A DNA stretch of 64,000 nucleotides, taken from assembly GCF_000143415.4 (NCBI RefSeq), contig NW_003314344.1, positions 574,106 to 638,105 on the forward strand, given 5' to 3'. The first letter of the stretch is position 1. Each line of letters starts with the position of its first letter. A program made the position numbers and the translations under genes. This document shows positions 27,119 through 38,250 of the stretch, piece by piece. Below the pieces are notes generated by a model. The model did no database searches. It had not been told where the DNA came from and saw only the letters and a list, made by a program, of their open reading frames with translations. Origin of the DNA: Selaginella moellendorffii. Lineage: Eukaryota; Plantae; Lycopodiophyta.

Positions 27119-29345
27119 ATGGTTGTGAGAGCTGCTCTTCACCGGCGCCTGGGCCAATACAAGGTACGCTCGCATCGATTCCTCTCAATCCATCAATCTA
27201 GCTTCTTTTTCTTGGATTTCTCCTTCCACTCGCAGCTCCATTTCTTTTCTAGGTTTTGATCTGCTGGGCTGATTGGAAATTTCCTACATTCTTGTGGATC
27301 TATCTTGTCGCAGGCTCAAGCCCGTGGATTTCACGCCTCCACGCCGTTTAGCCAAGCCGTTCCAGCGCTGAGAACCCCCAGCAAAGGATGGCTGTCTTGG
27401 CTTTTCCGTGAGCCACTGCCAACGCTCCCAGCTCTCTACGAGGCTTTACCGGAGGTAAATTTGCCTCCTTCCTTGGAGGACACTGTGGAACCTTCGGGAA
27501 CTCAAATCTCTTCGCTCAACAACGGTGTGAGGATAGCTTCGGAGCAAATAGCAGTGAGTGGACTTTTCTATTCTCAAAAGTCTGCTCGATAGAACACATT
27601 GTTTGATTGCTTTTTGGCTCGCAGGGCCCAACTGCGACTCTCGGGATTTACGTAGACTCTGGTAGCATCCATGAAGACGCTTCCAATTCCGGGGCCACGC
27701 ATCTGTTGGAGCGCATGGCCTTCAAGTCCACACACAACCGCTCGCACTTCCGGTTGACGCGAGAAGTGGAAGCAATCGGAGGAAATATCATGGCTTCGGC
27801 AACACGGGAACAAATGGCCTATACTGGAGACACCATCAAGACTTACATGCCTCAGATGGTCGAATTGCTCGTGGACAGTGTTCGCAATCCCGCTTTCCAC
27901 GGCTGGGAAGTACACGAACAGGTAACAAGGCCACTACCTTTTGTAACTTCTTCTAGAATGGTTGTGATGGTTTTGCAGGTCGACAAAATCAAGGCGGAGC
28001 TGGCTGAAATGTTCAATAATCCTCAAAGTATTCTACTGGAGGCACTGCATTCTGCCGGTTATAGCGGCCCCATTGGACACCCTTTACTGGCTTCCGAATC
28101 TGCGCTATCTAAGCTAGATGGCGCAACTCTTACGGACTTCGTGAGGGTAAGTGTTTATAGTTTCTTCGTGACATTCAGTAACTCGTTTGCTGCAGAATAA
28201 CTTCATTCCTCGTCGCATTGTGTTGGCTGCCTCTGGAGTAGATCATGAAGAACTCATGGCAGTAGCCGAACCTTTGCTCACCGATTGGCCTTCTGGGAAA
28301 GGTGTTGATTGTGGACCTTCCGAGTATATTGGTGGAGACTGGCGTGGCACTGCCGATTCACCGGTACTAGCTTATTACTTAGAAACGTTGTGCTTAATGT
28401 TATGTTCTAGACCACACATATTGCTCTTGCCTTCGAAGTTCCCGGCGGCTGGCGCAACGAGCACGATTCATTCGCTGTTACTGTTTTGCAAGTAAGGAAG
28501 TGTTTTGCCTTTTTCACTCTCACGCTGACTGTTGTTGTTCCGGATTTTAGACACTACTTGGAGGAGGTGGCTCGTTCTCGTCTGGGGGACCTGGGAAGGG
28601 GATGTATTCTCGTCTATGTGAGTACTACAGACGTTGTTTTGGATTAACAAGACATGTCAACAGATACGCGTGTCCTGAATCACTACGACAAAGTGCAGTC
28701 CTTCACTGCCTTCAACAGTATCTACAATGACACCGGAATATTTGGAATTCATGCGACTTCGGTATGAATTTAGAGCCTAAATAGTGGTCTTCTCGATTTT
28801 TCTCATTTCGCTTTTGTTGTAGACCTCCGACTTCGTGCCCAACCTTATCGATCTGGCAACAGACGAGCTCACGACTGTCGCTACGGCTGGTGAAGGTAAT
28901 TCCAATATGTTTTTGCGAGAAAATCAATCGGTAACTTTCAAACAGTGACGGAGGAGGAATTGGAGCGCGCCAAGAATGCAACAATATCCGCTGTTCTCAT
29001 GAATCTCGAGTCACGGGTGAGAATCTTTTGTTCCAAAAAGACATCTCACGACATGCTCTATTCGATCCATCCAGGTCGTTGTCACGGAAGATATTGGAAG
29101 GCAAATTCTCACATACGGCAAGAGGAAGCCTATCCAGGACTTTATCAGTGCTGTCCAGGGATTGACGTTGGAAAACATCACGTCCACTGCGAGTAAATTG
29201 CTTTCGTCGCCGCTCACAATGGCTTCTTGGGGAGATGGTAAGCTGGACTGTGCTTTGGTCAGCTAGCTAAATTCTTCGCGCTTGGTTTTCCGTTTCAGTC
29301 GTCCATGTTCCAAGATACGAAGAAGTTGCGAGGAGATTCAAGTAA
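27119..29345 (+). CDS. MPPA: Mitochondrial-processing peptidase alpha subunit (M16), multi-exon
   Basis: Presequence [35 protein letters not shown], glycine-rich loop [30 protein letters not shown]; stop TAA at 29343-29345. Confidence 0.95.
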
Positions 29346-29657
29346 GATCTCCTTTTCTTCGCTTTCGGGTTTTAACTCTATCCCCCAACGCAGGAAGTAG
29401 AGAGGGACTGGCGCTTTTTGGCAACCAAAATAAACTTTCAAAGGGAGAAAGGGACGGTGAAGAAAAGAAAGCAAGTGCTCGGCGAGAAATAAACGTCAAA
29501 AACTTTGTATCAATTGTGAGAACATTTTTTCTTTTTTCTTTGCCATGCTTGTCTCTCTCATTTGACGAGATTTGACCTGTTTGACCGAGTTGGAAGATAT
29601 GATAGTCGATCATCCCCCATGAAATGCAAGGCTTTGTACAATTGTTTTGACAAACGA

Positions 29658-30629
29658 TCAATGTAGCACTATGTTCACAGGTGCCGCGGCAGCCCAGTGC
29701 ATTTGCTTGTCCCAAGTCCCGGCATCCATGTCGTAGGAGAAGTAGGTCGTCTCCGTCTTCATCAAGTCGCAATCTTCCCCGCAAAAGTTCAGGTATTTCC
29801 CAGATTGACCAATGAACCAAACCCCGTCATTGGCCTGGAAATCAATCACATACTCGCTCACCAACCTGAGCACCACGCCACGTTCCCGCTCAAGCTCCAA
29901 GATCTGGACCTTACGCTCGCTGGCAATCACTGTCCCTACGTAGAGCTTGGACTTCCAAGCGCCGGCGAGGTAATTGTCCTCGCCATTGGGCAAGACATTC
30001 TCAGTATACGAGAAGCTATTACTTGTGGTGTCGAACTCCACCAGATTCGGGTAGCGCAAGGAATCCAGGCAAAACAGTTTGTTGCCACTCACCACAGGCT
30101 TCAACACAAATTCAGTTTCGGAGTCAGATTCGGAGTCATCAGCCACAGGACTTTCAATGTTGGACCAACCCTCGTCTCCTTGTGTCCAGGTGAAAAGCAT
30201 GCCATCAGTGCACCACACCACAATCTTATTGCGCAGGATGCAAGCCCTGGACCAGTCGCCGAAAACCTTGTAGGGAATCTCTTGCCACACGTTGAGAAAA
30301 GGATTCCCAAGGAAGAGCTTCCTCTGCTGTGTAGAGCGAGCCAGCACGCACCGCTGGTCCTCTGACGAGACTGCGCACAGCACGTCCGGGTAGTCACCGC
30401 GCGGCGCCCATCGTATGCGCTTGTCGCTGCTGTCCGTGATGGAGTTGGCGTCGGCGAAGAAGCGACCACTGTCCCTGTATCTGCTCTTGACGCTGGAGCT
30501 GTCCGCCGCTGCTTTCCACGCCTTGCAAACGGACCTGGCAATGATGAGCGACGAGTAGGGCAGCTTGAGCAATATCTCCTCCACAAGCTCCTGCGGCAGT
30601 GTCGTCGTTGTCTTCCTCCTCGCACCCAT
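29658..30629 (-). CDS. F-box protein, intronless, 323 aa
   Basis: N-terminal LPQELVEEILLKLP...ARSVCKAW F-box followed by a beta-propeller-like region. Confidence 0.85.
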   Translation of the reverse strand: MGARRKTTTTLPQELVEEILLKLPYSSLIIARSVCKAWKAAADSSSVKSRYRDSGRFFADANSITDSSDKRIRWAPRGDYPDVLCAVSSEDQRCVLARSTQQRKLFLGNPFLNVWQEIPYKVFGDWSRACILRNKIVVWCTDGMLFTWTQGDEGWSNIESPVADDSESDSETEFVLKPVVSGNKLFCLDSLRYPNLVEFDTTSNSFSYTENVLPNGEDNYLAGAWKSKLYVGTVIASERKVQILELERERGVVLRLVSEYVIDFQANDGVWFIGQSGKYLNFCGEDCDLMKTETTYFSYDMDAGTWDKQMHWAAAAPVNIVLH

Positions 30630-31399
30630 TGTACCCTTAGGTTTTCCACTTCCCTTTTTCTAGCTTTTTATGGAGCGAACAAACAAGGCAATATAAGGAA
30701 TAATGTAGCAATTATTTTATTTTTTATTATAAAGAGTCAATTTTTCTTAGTGATGGTTAGAAGATGGAGCTGGAGCTGGAGCTGAAGCAGGGCATGACTT
30801 GCAAGCTTTCCATAGGAATAAGCCCTTTCCACAAAAAAGCTTGCAAAAGTTATAGATACCAGAACCCTTAACACTTTCCTCCTCCTCACCAGACATTGAC
30901 CTGCATATTTTTTTAATAACCATTTGTTACTGCCAAAAATAAAAAAAGAAAGAACTATTACCCTATATTATCATCTTCATATATATGATGCTGTGATGTG
31001 ACTGAAGTCTTATATTCATCTCTGGCAACACCACTTTTGACATAATGCTTAGTATCATATTCATCCTCTTTAAAATCTGAATAGAAATAAATTTTGATTA
31101 ACACTAATAAAATTATATTAATTTACCTTCTGCCAAAGCTACTAATCCTGCAGACAAGACCACAAGAGAAATGCAGAGCACAGCAAGGCTTGAACTAGCC
31201 ATGGATTATCAACACCAATCACTCACACTCTCAATAATCTTCCCTTCCAATTTATACAACCTAAAACTGGAAACGACAATGCAAAGCATAGAATGTCACT
31301 AAATACAGCTTTTTTCTTTGGCATGACACGTGACGATTTGTGCAGAGCATGTTGTAAAAAGCATTACAACTCCTAAACAATAGTTAAGTTGGAGATGGC

Positions 31400-32430
31400 G
31401 ATTCAACGCTGAGCCGGGGATCCACTCGATGAACCTTTCGCTAAGTGTATGGTTCACAACACAAACAAGGCAGTCAATCTCGTCGTCACTGGCGGCAATG
31501 CTAGGAACGCAGCTCTCTAGATCCGAGAGCCTCCCTGGCGCAACTTTGTGCTCTTTCCTAGCCGTCGCGCTGCAACGATCGCGTTTCGTGCCTCCAGATA
31601 CTCCTGGAACTCCTCACTGTTGTCAGGGAAGAGTTCTACCACCGCAGAGTTTATGCATAGCATCCACTTGTCCATGAAACACGAACCTTTACGCTCGAGG
31701 AGGTGTGGTGGCAGCAGCGTCACTGAAAGAACGGTCTTTCGCCCAGTTCATGAGCGAGATTGTAAGCTCACACCCTGTTTATCTTCCAGCAGCGGCCCCC
31801 AGTCCATGAGAATCCTCTGAATTCCAACGTATATCGCGTCTGCCAAGTTTGATGTGTCGATCCCCTGGAAGGTTAATCCATCCCTGCGAAACACCTGTGC
31901 GAGCTCTCTCAGAGAAGAACTTGAACGTAACTCGCACCTCGAGCTTGGTGAGCAGGGCTGTCAACGTGGAAGAAGAGGCAGCTGCAGAGGTTCTTCGTAG
32001 AGACTCCATACTTCTCGCCAGATGCAAAGATGTCGTGCATAGACTAGCCGTCGAGAGGCTCGGTCCAGCTGAGCTCGGGATGGAGGAGATACTTGTTAGC
32101 TCGTCGGTGTTCTAGCGTTGCTGCGTAGCCAAATGGAAGGAGCATTCCCGAGTGGCAGTCGTTCCAAGAGAACCTGTGCTGAGGCTGGAGAAGAACAAGC
32201 TTGCGTTCCAACAAGTCGGGACGGCCAAACACCACCCTCCACCTCATCTCAAGAGCGTCCCAGACTTTGTTTCCAAAGCTTGCAACCAGAGAAAGCTTGG
32301 AGCGCTTGGGATCATCTGAGCTCTTTGATAGAACCGAGCGTGCCAGATCATTGATCACGGTGTTCTACTGAGACGTGAGGCAGGAGGAATACCAAAGAGC
32401 TATCACAGCAGCAACAGCGTGCCTGGCCTT
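31400..32430 (-). pseudogene. Disrupted gene of unknown function, possibly DUF4470-associated family
   Basis: Fragmented frames give SGMLLPFGY...ANKYLLHPELSWTEPLDG*SMHDIFASGEKYG...NLCSCLFFHV with stops and frameshifts. The family assignment is from remembered motif similarity only. Confidence 0.4.
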
Positions 32431-33150
32431 TGAAAGAATCTGGGAGTCATGTTTCTATGATGTTATTATTTGAATAACATGGTTTAATAAATAGCATTAA
32501 ATAGAAATAGCATTACTATTAAGCAAATCAAGTGTAATACATAATAAATTATTTAACTAATAAATAATAATGATATTAATTTCATTTAAATATCATCAAC
32601 CTAAATATTATACATTTAAGACTTATCAAAACACTCATTCCATTGATCCTTCATCAATTTATGATATTAAGTTCCATAGGCCACTGTTATTCAAATTTAT
32701 TTTTTCTTTTTATGTTAATAGCAGCTTGATATTTATTTGCTCTTGTGAGGGCCAAGTGTATGATTATGATGCCATATACTAATATTAGCGTAGTGGGATT
32801 TTAGTAGCTGTTGGATTGATTTCAATCCGGACCACTCGCTTTTGTATATAAGCTAGGGTTTTTGGATTAATTGATATGCACACATTTCTATATTCCCTTT
32901 CCATATTCCAAGCACTCACATTGGTGGAGGTGAGGGGCACCTTTGATTGCCCCTAAAGAGTGCTTGAATTTGGGATTTTGGTTTAGATCTAGCTTTTGCA
33001 TCGTCTAGATCTAACTTTTTCCATTTCTTTTCTTTTATTCTTCCCTTTCAGGATTTTGGTTTAGATTTAGCTTTTTGCATTATCTAGATCTCCCATTTCC
33101 TTCTCGTTTTTTGTCATTTTTCTTCTTTTGCTCTTTCTTTGTCCGTCTTC

Positions 33151-34101
33151 ATGGCAGATCAGCAATCTCCTCCATTGACTCTAGAGTAGCAGTTGGTCCA
33201 ATTGCTTGATGCTATGCGCTTGCAATTCAACAACCAAACTCAATTGATGGCGGCATTCATGGCACATGGTCCAACTCCTCCTGCTCTTGGTGCCAATCCT
33301 CGTGTTCGGCTGAAGTTCTTTCATAGGAATCTTGGGGATGATGTGTACCATTGGTTCGATTACTTCACAGTGATTGCCACATATCATTCTTGGGATGATG
33401 CTTGACGTTTGCCTGAGTTTCCCATGTGTCTCCAAGGGACGGCATTGCAGTGGTACAATGGATTGAGTGCGGCCACTCGTGGGGATTGGAGTGTTCTTCC
33501 AGCCGTCTTCAAACGTGCCTTCAAACATGCCAACGATTGTGACGATGCCTTCCAACAATTGCATCGTATTCACCAAGGGCCATCTGAGTCAGTGATGCAA
33601 TTTGGCATTTGTTTCCGAAGTCTTTTGCATCGTGCGGAGCCCAATATGTCGGAGAGGATCAAGCTAGGAATGTTGTGGCCAACACTTCGTCAAGATCTTG
33701 TCGGCCTTGTGCATGCACTTGCTCTTGCCACCCTTGATGATGCTCTTCGCTTGGCACAACATTATGAGATGTCGCCTCTTCCACTTCTCGCTGCACGTCC
33801 TTCTACTCCACTTCCTATGAGTGATGGTCCTGTTCCAATGGAGGTTAATGCTGTTGCTGCTCGTGTCCAAGGACAAGGGCGAGGACGTGGACGTGGCCGT
33901 AATGTTCATTGCTGGGCGTGTGATGAAGTTGGTCATACTTATCAGCGTTGTCAGCACTTTCCGGATTGGCGACCTCCATTTCCTGGGTGGAGACCTTGGC
34001 ATCAGCAACGTCCCGTTGGTGCTGCTGCAGTGGAAGGTTTGGACACCGAGGTGCATTCGGGAAATGAGGAGTCGCGCGAGTGGAGGACCTTGCGCGAATA
34101 A
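33151..34101 (+). pseudogene. gag of the Ty3/gypsy element
   Basis: Retrotrans_gag-like LQGTALQWY...QGPSESV, PVPMEVNAV and zinc knuckle CWACDEVGHTYQRC; premature TGA at 33403. Confidence 0.85.
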
Positions 34102-34688
34102 GTTAGTGACCCCTCCATCTTTCTTTCGGGAGTATCATCAAGGGGTTCACTCGGCACCGGTTCATCCAGTGTTTACTTTCCAAGCTCGTTTTTATAACAA
34201 GAGGTCTCCTATTATTCTCTCCGTGTTGGTTGATATAGATTCGAGTTTATCTTATATTGCTCAACCTGTTGCCACACGTTGTCATCTACACTTGCGTAGT
34301 GCGGTGGATCCAGTTTTCATTCTTTATGGCAACGGCCGTACACATGCATGTGCACGAGATGAGGCGGACTTGGTTGTGCATGTGGGTGATCTCGAGCTTG
34401 AGTTGCAGTCGTTGCGGGTGGTGTTGAGTCAAGCTTTTGACCTCATTCTTGGTATAGATTGGTTGCAGCACAATCATGCCAAGTGTGACTTTAAGGCTTC
34501 TCCCCCTTGTCTCATACTTCCTTATGTTTCATCCGTTCCTTTCACTTCTGTACCTCTTCATCCCTCTACTTCTACCTTTGCTTCCATTACTTTTGTTCCC
34601 CCACTATTTCCTCTTATGTTTCCATCTTGTTTTGCTCTTCCCTTTTCCGATCCCTCTGATGATCTTTGTGTTATAACTGTTGACCAAC

Positions 34689-35279
34689 TGTAAGCAACCA
34701 AAGGGAATGACTCGAGAGACGATCCATGGGGTTCAAATATAGAGGGAAAGGGCCCATGAATAAGAGTGCACCCCCTTTTCCAATCGGTTAAGGGTCTTGG
34801 GATATTTGGGGTTAAGCATCCTTGGGTTTGAATAGTACTGGGTTGGGTGACCTCCTGGGAAGTCCAAACTCAGGAGCTTACATTTGGTATCAGAGCAGTC
34901 GGGTCTGACTCTGTTGGTTGGCTAAGGGAATCACACCACATGTTGATTGACATCTGGCTGGTCCAGTTTGCTCCCACTGGGCTCGACCCAAGGGGTAGGG
35001 TGTCAAGAGAGCGGGGCTCTCGGGAGAGCTACGGCTCTCAGCTTCCGTTCACAAGGGCGTGAACTTGCAGGGAAGCGTGGTGGATTGTAAGCAACCAAAG
35101 GGAATGACTCGAGAGACGATCCATGGGGTTCAAATATAGAGGGAAAGGGCCCATGAATAAGAGTGCACCCCCTTTTCCAATCGGTTAAAGGTCTTGGGAT
35201 ATTTGGGGTTAAACGTCCTTGGGTTTGAATAGTACTGGGCTGGGTGACCTCCCAGGAAGTCCAAACTCAGGAGCTTACA
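34689..35279 (+). mobile_element. Complete Cassandra TRIM (5S rRNA-derived LTRs), 591 bp
   Basis: 194-bp LTRs at 34689-34882 and 35086-35279, tRNA-iMet PBS TGGTATCAGAGC, non-coding internal region of about 200 bp, TSD CCAAC/CCAGC. LTR segment 34810-34865 matches the plant 5S rRNA internal promoter (GTTAAGC...AGTACT..GGGTGACCTCCTGGGAAGTCC). Confidence 0.95.
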
Positions 35280-35535
35280 CCAGCTCATGAAGGAGTATTC
35301 TGATCTCTTTGAATTTAACCTATCATCTAGGGCCAAGATTGCCACACGTCATCCGATTCCCACCGGGGATGCTCGTCCAATCAAGGTTCCTGTTTGACTA
35401 TTGTCCGTTAAATGAAGTGGCGATCTCTGCTGATCTCTTGGATCATCTAGGGAAAGTCGTTGGTTCACCAAGCTAGATCGGGAAAGTCGTTGGTTCACCA
35501 AGCTAGATCTTGCTTCTGGGTACTGGCAAGTACCG

Positions 35536-35731
35536 TGTAAGCTCCTAAGTTTGGACTTCCCGGGAAGTCACCCAGCCCAGTACTATTCAAACCCAAGGAC
35601 GCTTAACCCCAAGTATCCCAAGACCCTTAACCGATTGGAAAAGGGGGTGCACTCTTATTCATGGGCCCTTTCCCTCTATATTTGAACCCCTATGGATCGT
35701 CTCTCGAGTCGTTCCCTTTTGGTTGCTTACA
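35536..35731 (-). mobile_element. Cassandra solo LTR inside RT
   Basis: Reverse-complement copy of the LTR above with a perfect TSD TACCG (35531-35535, 35732-35736), splitting YWQVP^MAEKD. Confidence 0.95.
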
Positions 35732-36599
35732 TACCGATGGCCGAAAAAGATAATCTTAAAACTACTTTTCGTACACCATTTGGTTTGTACGAGTTTTTAG
35801 TGATGCCGTTTGGTTTGAACAATGCTCTAGCAACTTTCTAGTGGATGATGGACGAGGTTCTTTGTGATATGCCAGAGGTGACTGTTAACTTCATTGATGA
35901 TGTCTTGATTCACTTAGAGGGGACATGGGAGGAGCACGTTCATGATGTTTGTAAAGCATTAGATTGGTTGCGCGATGTTAGTTTAAAGCTGAAGTAGTCT
36001 AAGTGCATATTTGGGTCTAAGGATACAACTTATCTTGGGTACCGTATTTCTCGTGAGGGTTTGCAAGTTGATCCTGACAAACTTGTGGCTGTTCTAAAGT
36101 TCCCTACTCCGAAGTGTGTGAATGATGTGCAACGCTTCTTGGGCAAGGTTCAATATCTCGGTCGTTTTGTGGATCATCTTTTTCATCGCACTGCACCCTT
36201 GTGAGCGTTGCTGAAGTCATCAACATCATCTTTCATCTGGTCTCTGGATTGTGAACGGGCATTTGGGGATCTCAAAGAGCTATTGATGACTCCTCCGGTT
36301 TTGGCGTATCCTAACTACACTCGACCTTTTATTTTGCGCGTGGATGCTTCTAACATTGGTTTTGGAGGTGTATTGATACAAGAGAGCTTGAGTGTGCCTG
36401 GTCAGTGCCATCTTATTGCGTATATAAACCGTACATAAGCTCTATTTCGTTAAAGTGGGATTTATTCAGTAAAATGGGACTAAGTACAAATTTTCAAGTA
36501 TTTGAAAATGATGTGAAATTATATGTTTTTTGTCCAGGGGCTAGACATATCTGGGGCATGGTGACTAGCGCGGTGACTTTGTGTCTAGACTGAGTCCAT

Positions 36600-37562
36600 C
36601 TGGTTGTATAATAAATCTCATTGTCAAGATGGACTGTCTGTTGGACCTTTTGTTCCTTGAACTCAGTTTTGATTCTATAGAATGTGGTTCGAGGGACTCC
36701 ATGCCTTCATGCAGACCAAACCCCTCTGGAAGACCATGCCCCCCACCTGATGTTCTGAAGCATCAACAGATGACCATAATGCCTCATACACAAAATTGCG
36801 AGCTGCCTTCCAGGACAATGTCTTGTATCTTGCTCTCTCCTCTTCAATAGCATCCCAATCAGCATGTTGACAGCACCTCCTCTTGCAACAAGCAACTGTT
36901 GAGACCATTCGAACCTCCATCGCCATTTTCTACCTTTTCGGTTCGTTGCTTAGATCCCTTTGGCTGTGCTTTAGGAAGGTGTATTTTCTTTTCCCATGAA
37001 GAGATGTTCTGTCATTAGTTGTAGTGGTGTTTGATTGTGAATCCTTCACATTCTCAAACACTAAGTGCCTCAATTTCCACTGCACAATGCTTCCAATAGT
37101 CAGATTGTTTTCTTCTGTGTCAACAACCTCTAAAATCGCAACTCCAATATCATCCCAGCCCAATTCTTGATTAGTAACCGCATCTCTTGGATCGACAACT
37201 GTGGCTAAGCCCTCAGCTACCACCTCCCCCTCGGGGTTGTTTAGAAACACCTTTGCCTGAATCCATGTAGCACGGTTCTTAAGATCTACGGAGACATGCG
37301 TCGCACTTGCGTTGTCCCCAACATCTGCTTTCTTCTGAAGAGTTTTCAAGGCAACAACAACATTTACCCCGACGACCATCTCTCCTCGTTCAATAGCGAC
37401 CACATTCCCATCAAAGACAATCTCTACTGATACAGTAGCATTGCCTTTCCCAAGCCTTTGACAGTGTATAACAAAGTTCCGATCCATAGACACAAGGGTC
37501 TCTTTTGCAACTCTCTTCCCACCATTCAAAATGTAAACCTTTTCCCCAACCCTGAAGGCCAT
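36600..37562 (-). pseudogene. Truncated transposase N-terminus (Sola-like), catalytic core missing
   Basis: ORFs 36930..37562 and 36675..36926 are in frame across one TAG. Two tandem beta-rich domains (VAK/VAEG...D....V....LG), then CCKRRCCQ...VCMKAW, then frameshifted HGVPRTTFYRIK; homology ends close to the TIR. Confidence 0.55.
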
Positions 37563-38250
37563 TCTAAAAGTGCAGAAAAGAAGTTAAGACCATACAAAAA
37601 ATGATTGGAGAATGGCCTAAATCATAACATACCAAACAACCTCAATAGCATGAGGCCACATGCCATTATTCAAACATGCTATTGACACCCACGTGAAATT
37701 TCGCATTCACAAAATTGGCATGAGGCCTCATGCCATCTTGATAAACAGACAGCTACAAGCAGGTAAAGAAACTATTAGCAATATGCTAGTGATGAACTTG
37801 CAAGGCCCCAAGATGGCATGAGGCCTCATGCCATCTTGATATACACACAGCTGCAGGCAAGTAAAAACATACATGACAATACGCTAGCCATGAAATTGCA
37901 AGGGCCCAAGATGGCATGTGGCCTCATACCATTTCTAAATGTGGTCCTAAGCCATTCCATGGTGAACATACCAGGAAGCACAAGTGCTGAATATCAAGAG
38001 GAAGCGGTAGCCACACCAAAGACAGTGCCGCTCGCAACACCGCAACTGTTCGTAGCGCCGCTCGCACAAATTGCCACTCGCATAAACTGCCGCTCGCAAT
38101 GGCGCTCGCAATGCCGCAACTGCTCGTAGACGCATAAACCACAGCTCACAACGCCACTTACACAAGCAGCGCTCATTGCGCTCAGCGAAACCAAGAACAC
38201 GGCACACAAAAATGATAGACGTAGGAATGAGTTTGAGAATTCAAAAATAA

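Larger units (their letters stand above)
34100..36436 (+). pseudogene. pol 5' part (protease, RT, RNase H start), interrupted by Cassandra insertions
   Basis: Degenerate protease VLVDIDSS...DLILGIDWL; [22 protein letters not shown] and FIDDVLI; RNase H PFILRVDASNIGFGGVL. Confidence 0.85.

Noticed and set aside
34810-34865. 5S rRNA gene
   Set aside because: Only the internal promoter part of 5S is present, and it is embedded in LTRs; this is Cassandra.
35450-35509. 30-bp tandem duplication in RT
   Set aside because: An ordinary post-insertion lesion in a dead pol gene.
37645-37932. CRISPR-like array (palindromic repeats with regular spacers)
   Set aside because: The spacers are homologous to each other and about 76 bp long, there are no cas genes, and the context is a eukaryotic transposon.
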